Source: Candidatus Babeliales bacterium | GTDB taxonomy: Bacteria > Babelota > Babeliae > Babelales > Vermiphilaceae | Length of the DNA stretch: 11,439 bases | Assembly (NCBI GenBank): GCA_044451405.1 | Contig: JBIOKB010000027.1 | Location: 1-11,439, forward strand | Direction: 5' to 3' | In this document: one piece after another, positions 1 through 7,218 of the stretch | How positions within the stretch are numbered: position 1 is the stretch's first letter | Layout of the letters: every line of letters begins with the position of its first letter | Notes under the pieces: generated by a model | The model's input: only the letters and a program-made list of their open reading frames with translations | Databases searched by the model: none | Told to the model about the DNA's origin: nothing | Position numbers and translations under genes: made by a program

Positions 1-1430
1 GCGATAAATGAAACATAGAGCTGATTAAGCTGGATAACATTCTTGCCCCCTACGATATGCTGCGTACCCCCGTTGAGTTCAATGTAGTTAGGGAATCTAT
101 AGCTGAGTCGCCAGCTAATGCGATGTGAGTTCACTTCCGTCAATTTTGCAAGCGATGCCGTATCAAAAGTAGCATCACTACACACCTTGAAACAATCTTT
201 TGCTTTGTGGGTATAATCGTAAAAAATGCCCAGCACAAAATCCTTTTTAAAAATGTTGTAAAAGTAGTTACCAATACCAGCGAGCACGCGCGGCGCGCGT
301 TTAATACGTGTGCGCACTGCGGCATCGGCAAATGCAGGAATAGTAGAATCGTATTCGCTGAACGTAGTTACTACATCACCAAATACTGGTGGCACCGATT
401 GTATAAGACCACCTAAAGGATTTCCTTTCCCTATTACATTATGTACGCCATCAACCGGACCATTAAATTGTTTAAGTTGTGCAATACGACGCATGCCATA
501 AAATGTAGGGCTTATATCCACTGAAACTTGGAGTGCTGGATTAATCCCTGCCCAGGGAGAATGCAAAAGAGCGTTTGAGAAAAAGCCAACTGAGGATCCA
601 CCACCTTGACTTAAATCAATGGGCCACAAATTGCTGGCTATATCAGCAGTTGTTGTTGGCACCATCCAGGTAACACCCACTTGCAATGCATCAACATAAT
701 TGAAATACTTGGCACCATCTATATATCCAAAAAATGTTATATCACCTAACCCCGTTTTTCTTTGTAATGAGTGATACGTTAATCCTTTTGGCTCTAAGAT
801 AGAGGCAACAAAAAAATCGTAGACATCTTCATAAAAGCTAAAAAACTGGGCCAGTGTTGATTGGCTCACCGGCAAATTGGTACCCATCGGACTTAACAAA
901 CTGCCGCTATCAAAATCTATATGTAAAATATTAAATTGCGTTTTAATAGGAACGTTTAATCCTATAACAACATCCATACGTTCTGTTTCACCCAAGCTAC
1001 GGCGATATGAAGCAGTAAATAACGCTACGAGTTCTCGTGTTTCAGCATCAAATTCAAGCTCAACCGGAGCTAAGAGTGTAGTTAAGACATCGGTAGTTAA
1101 CGGATCACCTGGTATAGTGATTTTATTTTCAGCCGATAACTTGGCAAGTAAAAAAATATCACCAAAAGAGAAACGATCACTGCCAAAAATGGTTTTTGCT
1201 AACGGAGCAATACCTCCATTGCATCCATAGCCTTGATCACCAATAGTTAAACTGATGGTGGCAGGAAAAGCCCAAGGACGCTGCATTGCCTGGTCAAGAC
1301 GATCTTGATAATAGTCTCTTCCCAACAGTGTTGTTGAATCATCTGAACTAACAGACAGGCCCGCACGTGCTAACGTAACACTAAAAAGTGCAAGAACAAC
1401 TGATTTTATTGTTGTTTTATAGATACTCAT
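1..1430 (-). CDS. Exported protein, probable outer-membrane beta-barrel; 3' end runs off the window (>=476 aa)
   Basis: Not in the ORF track because it has no stop inside the window. Manual translation from ATG at 1430 (MSIYKTTIKSVVLALFSVTLARA|GLSV..., signal-peptide-like) is open down to base 3. It contains KTGLGDITFFGY...VGVTWMVPT and amphipathic aromatic strands DFVLGIFYDYTHK, RISWRLSYRF and QLYVSFI. Confidence 0.85.
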   Translation of the reverse strand, partial: MSIYKTTIKSVVLALFSVTLARAGLSVSSDDSTTLLGRDYYQDRLDQAMQRPWAFPATISLTIGDQGYGCNGGIAPLAKTIFGSDRFSFGDIFLLAKLSAENKITIPGDPLTTDVLTTLLAPVELEFDAETRELVALFTASYRRSLGETERMDVVIGLNVPIKTQFNILHIDFDSGSLLSPMGTNLPVSQSTLAQFFSFYEDVYDFFVASILEPKGLTYHSLQRKTGLGDITFFGYIDGAKYFNYVDALQVGVTWMVPTTTADIASNLWPIDLSQGGGSSVGFFSNALLHSPWAGINPALQVSVDISPTFYGMRRIAQLKQFNGPVDGVHNVIGKGNPLGGLIQSVPPVFGDVVTTFSEYDSTIPAFADAAVRTRIKRAPRVLAGIGNYFYNIFKKDFVLGIFYDYTHKAKDCFKVCSDATFDTASLAKLTEVNSHRISWRLSYRFPNYIELNGGTQHIVGGKNVIQLNQLYVSFI

Positions 1431-1470
1431 TATTTTCACTCAAGCAAAGATCTTATTCATATCGATACCT

Positions 1471-1500
1471 AAGCTATAAATGAGCATGATGTGCTGTCAA
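1471..1500 (-). promoter_or_regulatory. Putative sigma70 promoter for the 1..1430 gene
   Basis: Minus strand TTGACA (1495-1500), 18 nt spacer, TAGCTT (1471-1476). Confidence 0.35.
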
Positions 1501-1536
1501 TAAAAATGCGCCCGTCATGGCGCACCATGACGGACA
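1499..1536 (-). terminator. Rho-independent terminator downstream of the 1560..2048 gene
   Basis: Minus strand UGU-CCGUCAUGG-UGCG-CCAUGACGG-GCG then CAUUUUUAUU. Perfect 9-bp stem (1512-1520/1525-1533), extended by G-U pairs only on the minus strand. Confidence 0.7.
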
Positions 1537-1559
1537 AGCCCACAGGAAAACAAGGATTT

Positions 1560-2048
1560 CTATGTAGTATGTGACTGTAATCGATACGCAAGTGATGCAC
1601 GATGCTGCATTGTTTGAAATTCATGATAATACTGTTCAAGTGTAGTAAGTATACAGTTAAAATATGCAGCACGTTCATGATAATTTAAATAGGTATTATC
1701 AGCGGTAAGAAGTGGATTATAGGTAGCAAAATCCATAATCAGATTATAGAGATATACCACTGATGGCACACTCTCTGCTAAACGTTGTTCGCGCTCATGC
1801 ACGGCATCTTCAACACGCGTACCTGTTACATCAGTTTGAAGATATTCAACAAGTGTTAATTCTGCTTCGAGCACACACAACAATTGTTCTAAAGAATTTT
1901 CAGTAGAGGCATCGCTTTTTTTAACAAAGCGCACTGCTTCATCGAGATTGTGCTTTAACACACGCTCATCTACCGCAGAAGAATTCCCGATTGCCATAGC
2001 ACTTATAAGCACAACACCTATAACCACAGAACATTGATATCTGTTCAT
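1560..2048 (-). CDS. Hypothetical exported helical protein (162 aa)
   Basis: Part of ORF 1560..2129. The likely start is MNRYQ at 2048, after RBS AGAGGGGG. Hydrophobic N-terminus VVIGVVLISAMAIG. No recognisable family. Confidence 0.75.
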   Translation of the reverse strand: MNRYQCSVVIGVVLISAMAIGNSSAVDERVLKHNLDEAVRFVKKSDASTENSLEQLLCVLEAELTLVEYLQTDVTGTRVEDAVHEREQRLAESVPSVVYLYNLIMDFATYNPLLTADNTYLNYHERAAYFNCILTTLEQYYHEFQTMQHRASLAYRLQSHTT

Positions 2049-2067
2049 TTCCATTTCCCCCTCTTGT

Positions 2068-2111
2068 CCTACGTAGCCTGCCGAGCTGATTGCCCGGATA
2101 GGCGAAGTAGG
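2068..2111 (-). repeat. Structured TTCGCC...GGCTAC hairpin element (non-tRNA copy) just upstream of an RBS
   Basis: Minus strand CCTAC-TTCGCC-TAT-CCGGGC-AATCA-GCTCGG-CA-GGCTAC-GTAGG. Same core as the elements after tRNA-Arg and tRNA-Leu, with different but complementary outer arms. Confidence 0.6.
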
Positions 2112-2294
2112 ATGATACCATAGTATCAATTTTAATTTTCAAATCGGAATGATTTTTAAGAAAAGATTATTTTATACGTAACTACAGTACAAAAACATGC
2201 ACAATTTTTATTATGATCCTAACCCTTTTATCAACACCACTATCTTTGTATACTAAATAAAATAAAAACTCATGATTTTTTAGCCAGGAACTGT

Positions 2295-3194
2295 ATGATT
2301 CTCATTATTATATTGTATGCGCTGTGGGCTGCATCAATCTCATCAAGCAAAATTCTTCTTACCTATTCATCTCCCCTCTTTTTAACGGGGATTCGTATGC
2401 TTATTGCAGGGTTGTTATTGCTTGGCTACCAATATTTTTATGCACATCATCATTTTCGTTTTCACAAAGAACATACCTATTTGTATGGGCAAGTCATTGT
2501 CTTTGGCATCCTTATTTCTTATTTTCTGCGTTTTTGGGCGCTTGAATATATCACCGCTACTAAATTACTCTTTTTGTATAACCTTGCGCCGTTTATGTCC
2601 GCTCTACACTCCTACTTCTTCCTTAATGAACGCATGAGCACACGTAAATGGATTGGCATGTTGATCGGCTTTATTGGTCTATTACCTATCTTGCTTAATT
2701 CATCAGAGCAAGAAAAATCAGTCGGCGAATTATATTTTATTTCCTGGCCAGAACTGGCAGTTATCCTATCAGTTGCTACCAATAGCTACAGTTGGATTGT
2801 TATGCGCAAACTCGTGCGCGATGAACACTATTCACCCATGATGATTAACGGTATTTGTATGACGCTTGGTGGCCTACTTGCCCTTTTCATTGCCATTCCT
2901 CTTGAATGGCCGTGCCCTGTTACGAATGTATGGGCTTTTATTGGTTGGCTTGCGTTTATTATCATTATCAGCAACATCGTAAGTCACAACTTATATGGAT
3001 ATTTACTCCGTGATTACACCGCCACCTTTTTATCATTTGCCGGTTTTATGAGCCCGTTGTTTGCAGGGCTGTATGGCTGGCTATTTTTTCATGAAACAAT
3101 TACCTGGCACTTTTATGCATCAAGTATTATTGTATTTATCGGGTTATTTCTCTTCTATCAAGATGAAATACAAGAGCAGGAAACGCTTATTTAA
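2295..3194 (+). CDS. EamA/DMT family transporter
   Basis: 299 aa with about 10 hydrophobic segments in two repeats. Motifs PLFLTGIRMLIAGLLL, LAPFMSALHSYFFLNER...KWIGMLIGFIG and PLFAGLYGWLFFHETITW. Confidence 0.9.
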   Translation: MILIIILYALWAASISSSKILLTYSSPLFLTGIRMLIAGLLLLGYQYFYAHHHFRFHKEHTYLYGQVIVFGILISYFLRFWALEYITATKLLFLYNLAPFMSALHSYFFLNERMSTRKWIGMLIGFIGLLPILLNSSEQEKSVGELYFISWPELAVILSVATNSYSWIVMRKLVRDEHYSPMMINGICMTLGGLLALFIAIPLEWPCPVTNVWAFIGWLAFIIIISNIVSHNLYGYLLRDYTATFLSFAGFMSPLFAGLYGWLFFHETITWHFYASSIIVFIGLFLFYQDEIQEQETLI

Positions 3195-3854
3195 TTACAA
3201 AATTACACATCCGCAGCATCCTTTTTTATTCGCCTGCGCATGTGCAGCAATGTCAGCTGCTAATTCTTTATCCAACTGATCATCTAGAATGGGCTCAACA
3301 CGTTTATTTTCCACTCGAGAGTCAATGTATATTCCTAGTTGGACAATAACATTTCTTATGAGTTGATTTCCCACCTCTTCACGTTGATGTGTATCCAAAC
3401 CTGGCAGACACGCTACTACCCTGGCCATAGATTTTCGTAAATTAGGCTCTTGCGCAAGAATCTTTTGATGAACACTGTCTTCAAGACTCTTTTGACGAGC
3501 ACTATTTTTAGGAGAATTCTGACGACTTGATAGTGGAGATCCTAATATAGCATATGATCGTTCTGTCCCTTCTTCTGTATCGGTATCACGCTCATCAGCA
3601 GAACTCCGTCTACTGCCAGAACTTTTACTCCCATTACTTTTTGAACGAGGAAACAATAGTGAACTGGTACCAGAATCAGAGTGTGGTAACATATCACGAG
3701 ATTGTATATGCACAGGCTGCAAACTAACTGCTCCTACTTCTGCAACAAGCGAGGAAAGTGATCGTTCCGACCCTGGACCCTTCTTATCAGCCGCATAACC
3801 AACCAAAGAACTGCATACTAACAGTACGTATCCCAACCGCATACCTTCATTCAT
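3195..3854 (-). CDS. Secreted Ser-rich protein with C-terminal CaaX box (KKGCCGCVIL); candidate host-prenylated effector
   Basis: 219 aa. RBS AGGGGGGAG. Signal-like MRLGYVLLVCSSLVGYA|AD. Ends TGT GTA ATT TTG TAA. Confidence 0.85.
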   Translation of the reverse strand: MNEGMRLGYVLLVCSSLVGYAADKKGPGSERSLSSLVAEVGAVSLQPVHIQSRDMLPHSDSGTSSLLFPRSKSNGSKSSGSRRSSADERDTDTEEGTERSYAILGSPLSSRQNSPKNSARQKSLEDSVHQKILAQEPNLRKSMARVVACLPGLDTHQREEVGNQLIRNVIVQLGIYIDSRVENKRVEPILDDQLDKELAADIAAHAQANKKGCCGCVIL

Positions 3855-3866
3855 ATTCTCCCCCCT

Positions 3867-4490
3867 TTACAATATTACACAACACCTACGTTGACTCTGT
3901 TTTTGACGCAACTTTAGAATCTCTGCAGCTAATGTTTGCTCTGGAATCATAGGATTTATCACCTGTAACACTTTCAACAGATGTACTGCAGTAATATTAT
4001 CTCTGAATGCTATTTTATCAGCTGGTAATCTTGCAAAAATTTTTGTCAGCGCAGGTTCAAGTATTTTTATATCAGAAGCAAGTTCTTTCTCGTTTATAGA
4101 ACATTGGGACTGTTGAACTGTACCACGAGTATCATCTGCTAACGCTATTAAATATTCTCTCTGTTTATTCTTAAATAGCCCACTACCAGAATCAACCCCA
4201 TGATCACGTCGCTGCTCATCGGTAAGTGGTTCAGCAAAACTCGATTCAGCAGTAGGAGTACTAAAGGTATCTTCTAAATCTCCTTCAGTTGGTTTCATTT
4301 TGGCAACTTTCTCAAGCAACGCAGTCTGCAAATCATCATGGGACACAGATGAAGCTAATCCCTGTTCACTACTACGTGAAATAGATCGGTTCGGCAATCG
4401 CGCTGATCCTCCTTTTGGCTTTTCTTCAGCGGCAGATAGCATTGATACTATAAAAATGTGCATCATTACAGCGTATACCACCCTAGACAT
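3867..4490 (-). CDS. Secreted protein with C-terminal CaaX box (RQKQSQRRCCVIL); candidate host-prenylated effector
   Basis: 207 aa. RBS GGAGGG. Signal-like MSRVVYAVMMHIFIVSMLSA|AE. Ends TGT GTA ATA TTG TAA. Lies 12 nt upstream of the next gene. Confidence 0.85.
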   Translation of the reverse strand: MSRVVYAVMMHIFIVSMLSAAEEKPKGGSARLPNRSISRSSEQGLASSVSHDDLQTALLEKVAKMKPTEGDLEDTFSTPTAESSFAEPLTDEQRRDHGVDSGSGLFKNKQREYLIALADDTRGTVQQSQCSINEKELASDIKILEPALTKIFARLPADKIAFRDNITAVHLLKVLQVINPMIPEQTLAAEILKLRQKQSQRRCCVIL

Positions 4491-4505
4491 ATACCCTCCA
4501 TTTCA

Positions 4506-5651
4506 TTATAGAATTACACAACATGGTGAACAACTCGAACAACAACCAGCACAGCATCCTACTTTAAACGATTTTTCTATCTCATCAGCAAAGTGTTGAT
4601 CTTGTTGAACAGAAAGTATTGTTGGCATTGGCAACGTACTACTTTTGGTTCGGTGATGAGCATGATACAAAGAAGCAAGTGCTTGGCGTGTCTTTTCTTT
4701 CGCAGTTCTATTTAACTTTACCGAATCTTTTATCGTATCACGTAACGCAGATCGTAATCTTTCTTCTGTTTTTGGTACTTCGAATTTAAGTTTTCTATAA
4801 TAAGCGAGCGTGTTAGGCGACAGATCTCCTTGCAACCATTCATCGCGTGCAACATCACCGCCTGAAGCAATCGACCCTCCTCTACTACCAGCACCAAGCG
4901 CTGCAAAATCTACATGCTGCTCATCAGTAATTTCTTCACCATCAATAGTTTGCAAATTGCCACTTGCAAGTAATCTGTCGCCTGGTTTAGCTTTTTGTTC
5001 TTCTTTAACAATTTTACGAAAATGCTTGCGCGTCTCGGGAGTATTTTTACCTGCAATATTGCACCTATTTTCAACAAGCAGTTTTATTACAGGATCATCT
5101 TCTTGTGATCCTGCAGAACTTCGTCTACTTTTTGGGCTAGTGAGAACAGCAGCTACACTGTGTCTCGGACTCGGTCTTGGACTACGCATAGTACTCAAAG
5201 CAGCACTTGCGTTTATTGGGTTCTTAAGTGTCGCACCAGCACCACTTCTTTGACTCGGACTTGGTCTTGCATACGTAGTAACAGGCAGCGCATCTCCTGT
5301 CGCACTATCCTTAAAAGTAAAAGATCTAGTAATACGAGCACCATAGGGCACTTCTCCAGTGCCTGGCTCAACGGTAACACGCAAGTCTCTCCTACTGCTA
5401 GCTTCAACTTCTTTATCAGATTCTTCTTCTAATATAGGTTGTGCTGGAGGCATTCTTTGCATACGCATAGCTCCCTCAAATGGCGGGCCTTCCGATGAAA
5501 CTGAACGAGCCAACAATGGTTCTTGTGCATCAGGATTTTCTGCAAATGTTACTTCTTTATGTGGACTCGTTTTTTTGGATTTTTCTGATGCGCATATAAA
5601 ACCGGATGCAAGAAAAAGAACGAGTATAGTGTAATAGTTGATGGTTTTCAT
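4506..5651 (-). CDS. Secreted Ser/Arg/Pro-rich protein with Cys-string plus CaaX box (GCCAGCCSSCSPCCVIL); candidate host-lipidated effector
   Basis: Part of ORF 4506..5699. The likely start is MKTINYYTILVLFLASGFICA|SE at 5651 after GAGTGGGG (381 aa). Ends TGT GTA ATT CTA TAA. Lies 15 nt upstream of the next gene. Confidence 0.85.
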   Translation of the reverse strand: MKTINYYTILVLFLASGFICASEKSKKTSPHKEVTFAENPDAQEPLLARSVSSEGPPFEGAMRMQRMPPAQPILEEESDKEVEASSRRDLRVTVEPGTGEVPYGARITRSFTFKDSATGDALPVTTYARPSPSQRSGAGATLKNPINASAALSTMRSPRPSPRHSVAAVLTSPKSRRSSAGSQEDDPVIKLLVENRCNIAGKNTPETRKHFRKIVKEEQKAKPGDRLLASGNLQTIDGEEITDEQHVDFAALGAGSRGGSIASGGDVARDEWLQGDLSPNTLAYYRKLKFEVPKTEERLRSALRDTIKDSVKLNRTAKEKTRQALASLYHAHHRTKSSTLPMPTILSVQQDQHFADEIEKSFKVGCCAGCCSSCSPCCVIL

Positions 5652-5781
5652 ATATCCCCACTCATATAATAATGAGCACCCATGTGGTGCATATCTCAAC
5701 TATACAAACAACGAAGCTCATTTTTCCATTGTTTAGAAAAATGAGCTCACCAAACATTGGTAAAATACGATTAAAATTAAG

Positions 5782-5970
5782 TTATTTAAGATTAATTAAG
5801 CAGGCTTCTTTATTAACTTCATCAACAAATGATGTTTCAACATCCTGGGATTCTTCTGGAAAAACCATAGAAAAACACTGCAAACAGGAGCCTTCTCCTT
5901 GTTGGTGCCTCCACAGCATAAAAAATGTAAGAAAAACCAATCCTACCAGTACCCAAACTACTTTCTTCAT
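5782..5970 (-). CDS. Small membrane-anchored hypothetical protein (62 aa)
   Basis: MKKVVWVLVGLVFLTFFMLWRH N-terminal TM/signal after RBS-like AAGGGGG. Contains a CLQC motif and an acidic tail. Confidence 0.6.
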   Translation of the reverse strand: MKKVVWVLVGLVFLTFFMLWRHQQGEGSCLQCFSMVFPEESQDVETSFVDEVNKEACLINLK

Positions 5971-5986
5971 CCATTTCCCCCTTTTA

Positions 5987-6015
5987 ATCATAGCATACCA
6001 CATATCAATTGACAA
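5987..6015 (-). promoter_or_regulatory. Putative sigma70 promoter for the leftward genes
   Basis: Minus strand TTGTCA (6010-6015), 17 nt spacer ending TGC (extended -10), TATGAT (5987-5992). Confidence 0.4.
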
Positions 6016-6095
6016 ATAGAATAATTCAAGTAGGCGTTTTACAAAACACGTATAATCTCACATACTGAATAAAAAGCTTATTTAAAGGGACTTTT

Positions 6096-6713
6096 ATGAA
6101 GAAACTCGTATATCTATTCCTACTAACCATACCTGCAAGCCCAGTACTTTATGGGCAACAAGCAACTCATTATGGAGCCTACGCTAAGGCCGGAGCTCGC
6201 CATCTTTTTTCTACTGATGGAATCAAAGATATTGCCGCTGTATATGGCATTGTCGTGGGTATGACCCTCATTCATGAACTAGGTCACGCTGTAGTAGCAA
6301 AATTAAAATGCGGTGCACCAATAGATATTGTTATTGGTGGCGAACGAAGTGGAAAAGATTCCCTCTTAAGAAAATATACTGGTATTGAAGTCGCTGGATT
6401 CAATCCATTAAAAGTTGGTACCGACTGGGAAAAATACAAGTCAAAAGATGCAAAAAAAGCAGCTGAGCAAGAAATCATAGTTGGCATAGCCGGCCCACTC
6501 GCACAAGCGATGACCTGTTATTGTATATATAGATGGTTGCAAAATAAGGATAAGTTCTATCTTGCCAAGACAACAGCTATAGGTGGAATAGGTGATACAA
6601 TTCTAGGGGTTAATGGTATTCTTGGTGCACTGTTTCTTCCATGGACCGATTCAGCACGGATCGTGCAAAACATTAAACAATACTTTTCAACTAAATCTCA
6701 TCACACGTCATAA
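6096..6713 (+). CDS. Site-2 protease/peptidase M50-like zinc metalloprotease
   Basis: LIHELGH (HExxH) in a hydrophobic segment, IAGPLAQ motif, and LPWTDSARI corresponding to the NxxPxxxxDG third-ligand motif. N-terminal signal-like sequence. Confidence 0.75.
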   Translation: MKKLVYLFLLTIPASPVLYGQQATHYGAYAKAGARHLFSTDGIKDIAAVYGIVVGMTLIHELGHAVVAKLKCGAPIDIVIGGERSGKDSLLRKYTGIEVAGFNPLKVGTDWEKYKSKDAKKAAEQEIIVGIAGPLAQAMTCYCIYRWLQNKDKFYLAKTTAIGGIGDTILGVNGILGALFLPWTDSARIVQNIKQYFSTKSHHTS

Positions 6714-7201
6714 AACATGCGCAGCAATACAGGTAATCCTGGTTTACTGGCATCTCCTGCCTTCAGGCGATCAACAACCTCCTGAGGAGTTAACCAATAA
6801 TATTCACAAAAATCATCGTGATTATAGTTTGGTGTGTCATTCTGGTAAATGCGGTACACCTTCATAAAGAATTTAACCTCATCTTTATAGGGATTTAAAT
6901 ATCCCATGCATTCATAGGGAACCGAGGTAATATCAAGATTAATTTCTTCCTGGGCTTCTCGAGCAAATGCAGTATCATAATCTTCACCACTTGCAACACA
7001 TCCACTTACACTCATATCCAGCGCTAGAGGGAGCAGTTTTTTAGTGGCAGTGCGGCGTGGAATCCAGAGTTGCCCTTTATCATTTTGAATAAATGCATTA
7101 ACTGCTCGTATCTTACCTGGGGCAGTGACCCATTCTGAACGCCATACCTGGCCTATAACCTGGTCATGCTCATCAACAAGATCTAGTAATTCGTCATCCA
7201 T
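6701..7201 (-). CDS. Nudix hydrolase (IPP-isomerase-like/YfcD-like subfamily)
   Basis: Nudix box GCVASGEDYDTAFAREAQEEINL. N-terminus ELLDLVDEHDQVIG and PRRTATKKLLP are typical. Confidence 0.9.
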   Translation of the reverse strand: MDDELLDLVDEHDQVIGQVWRSEWVTAPGKIRAVNAFIQNDKGQLWIPRRTATKKLLPLALDMSVSGCVASGEDYDTAFAREAQEEINLDITSVPYECMGYLNPYKDEVKFFMKVYRIYQNDTPNYNHDDFCEYYWLTPQEVVDRLKAGDASKPGLPVLLRMFYDV

Positions 7202-7218
7202 GGGAACCTCGGAGATAA

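Noticed and set aside
140-1230. Short ORFs 140..331, 207..416, 310..501 and 877..1230
   Set aside because: They are antisense or alternative-frame shadows of the long minus-strand CDS 1..1430.
2049-2129. Upstream starts in the ORF track for 1560..2129, 4506..5699 and 5782..6015
   Set aside because: Downstream ATGs (2048, 5651, 5970) have RBS-like purine runs and put the signal or TM segment at the N-terminus. The 2129 extension also runs through the hairpin element.
4300-5634. Plus-strand ORFs 4300..4599, 4810..5253, 5160..5432 and 5359..5634, and minus ORF 5213..5407
   Set aside because: They overlap the CVIL genes, have no recognisable motifs and are typical shadow ORFs.
5782-5802. C-terminal ACLINLK as a fourth CaaX box
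   Set aside because: The Cys is sixth from the end, not fourth.
6096-6713. HELGH protease as a CaaX-processing enzyme (Ste24/M48 or Rce1/CPBP) for the neighbouring CVIL proteins
   Set aside because: The AGP and P-x-x-D motifs fit M50. There is no EExxxR CPBP motif, and it is far too short for Ste24. CaaX processing would be expected to use host enzymes.
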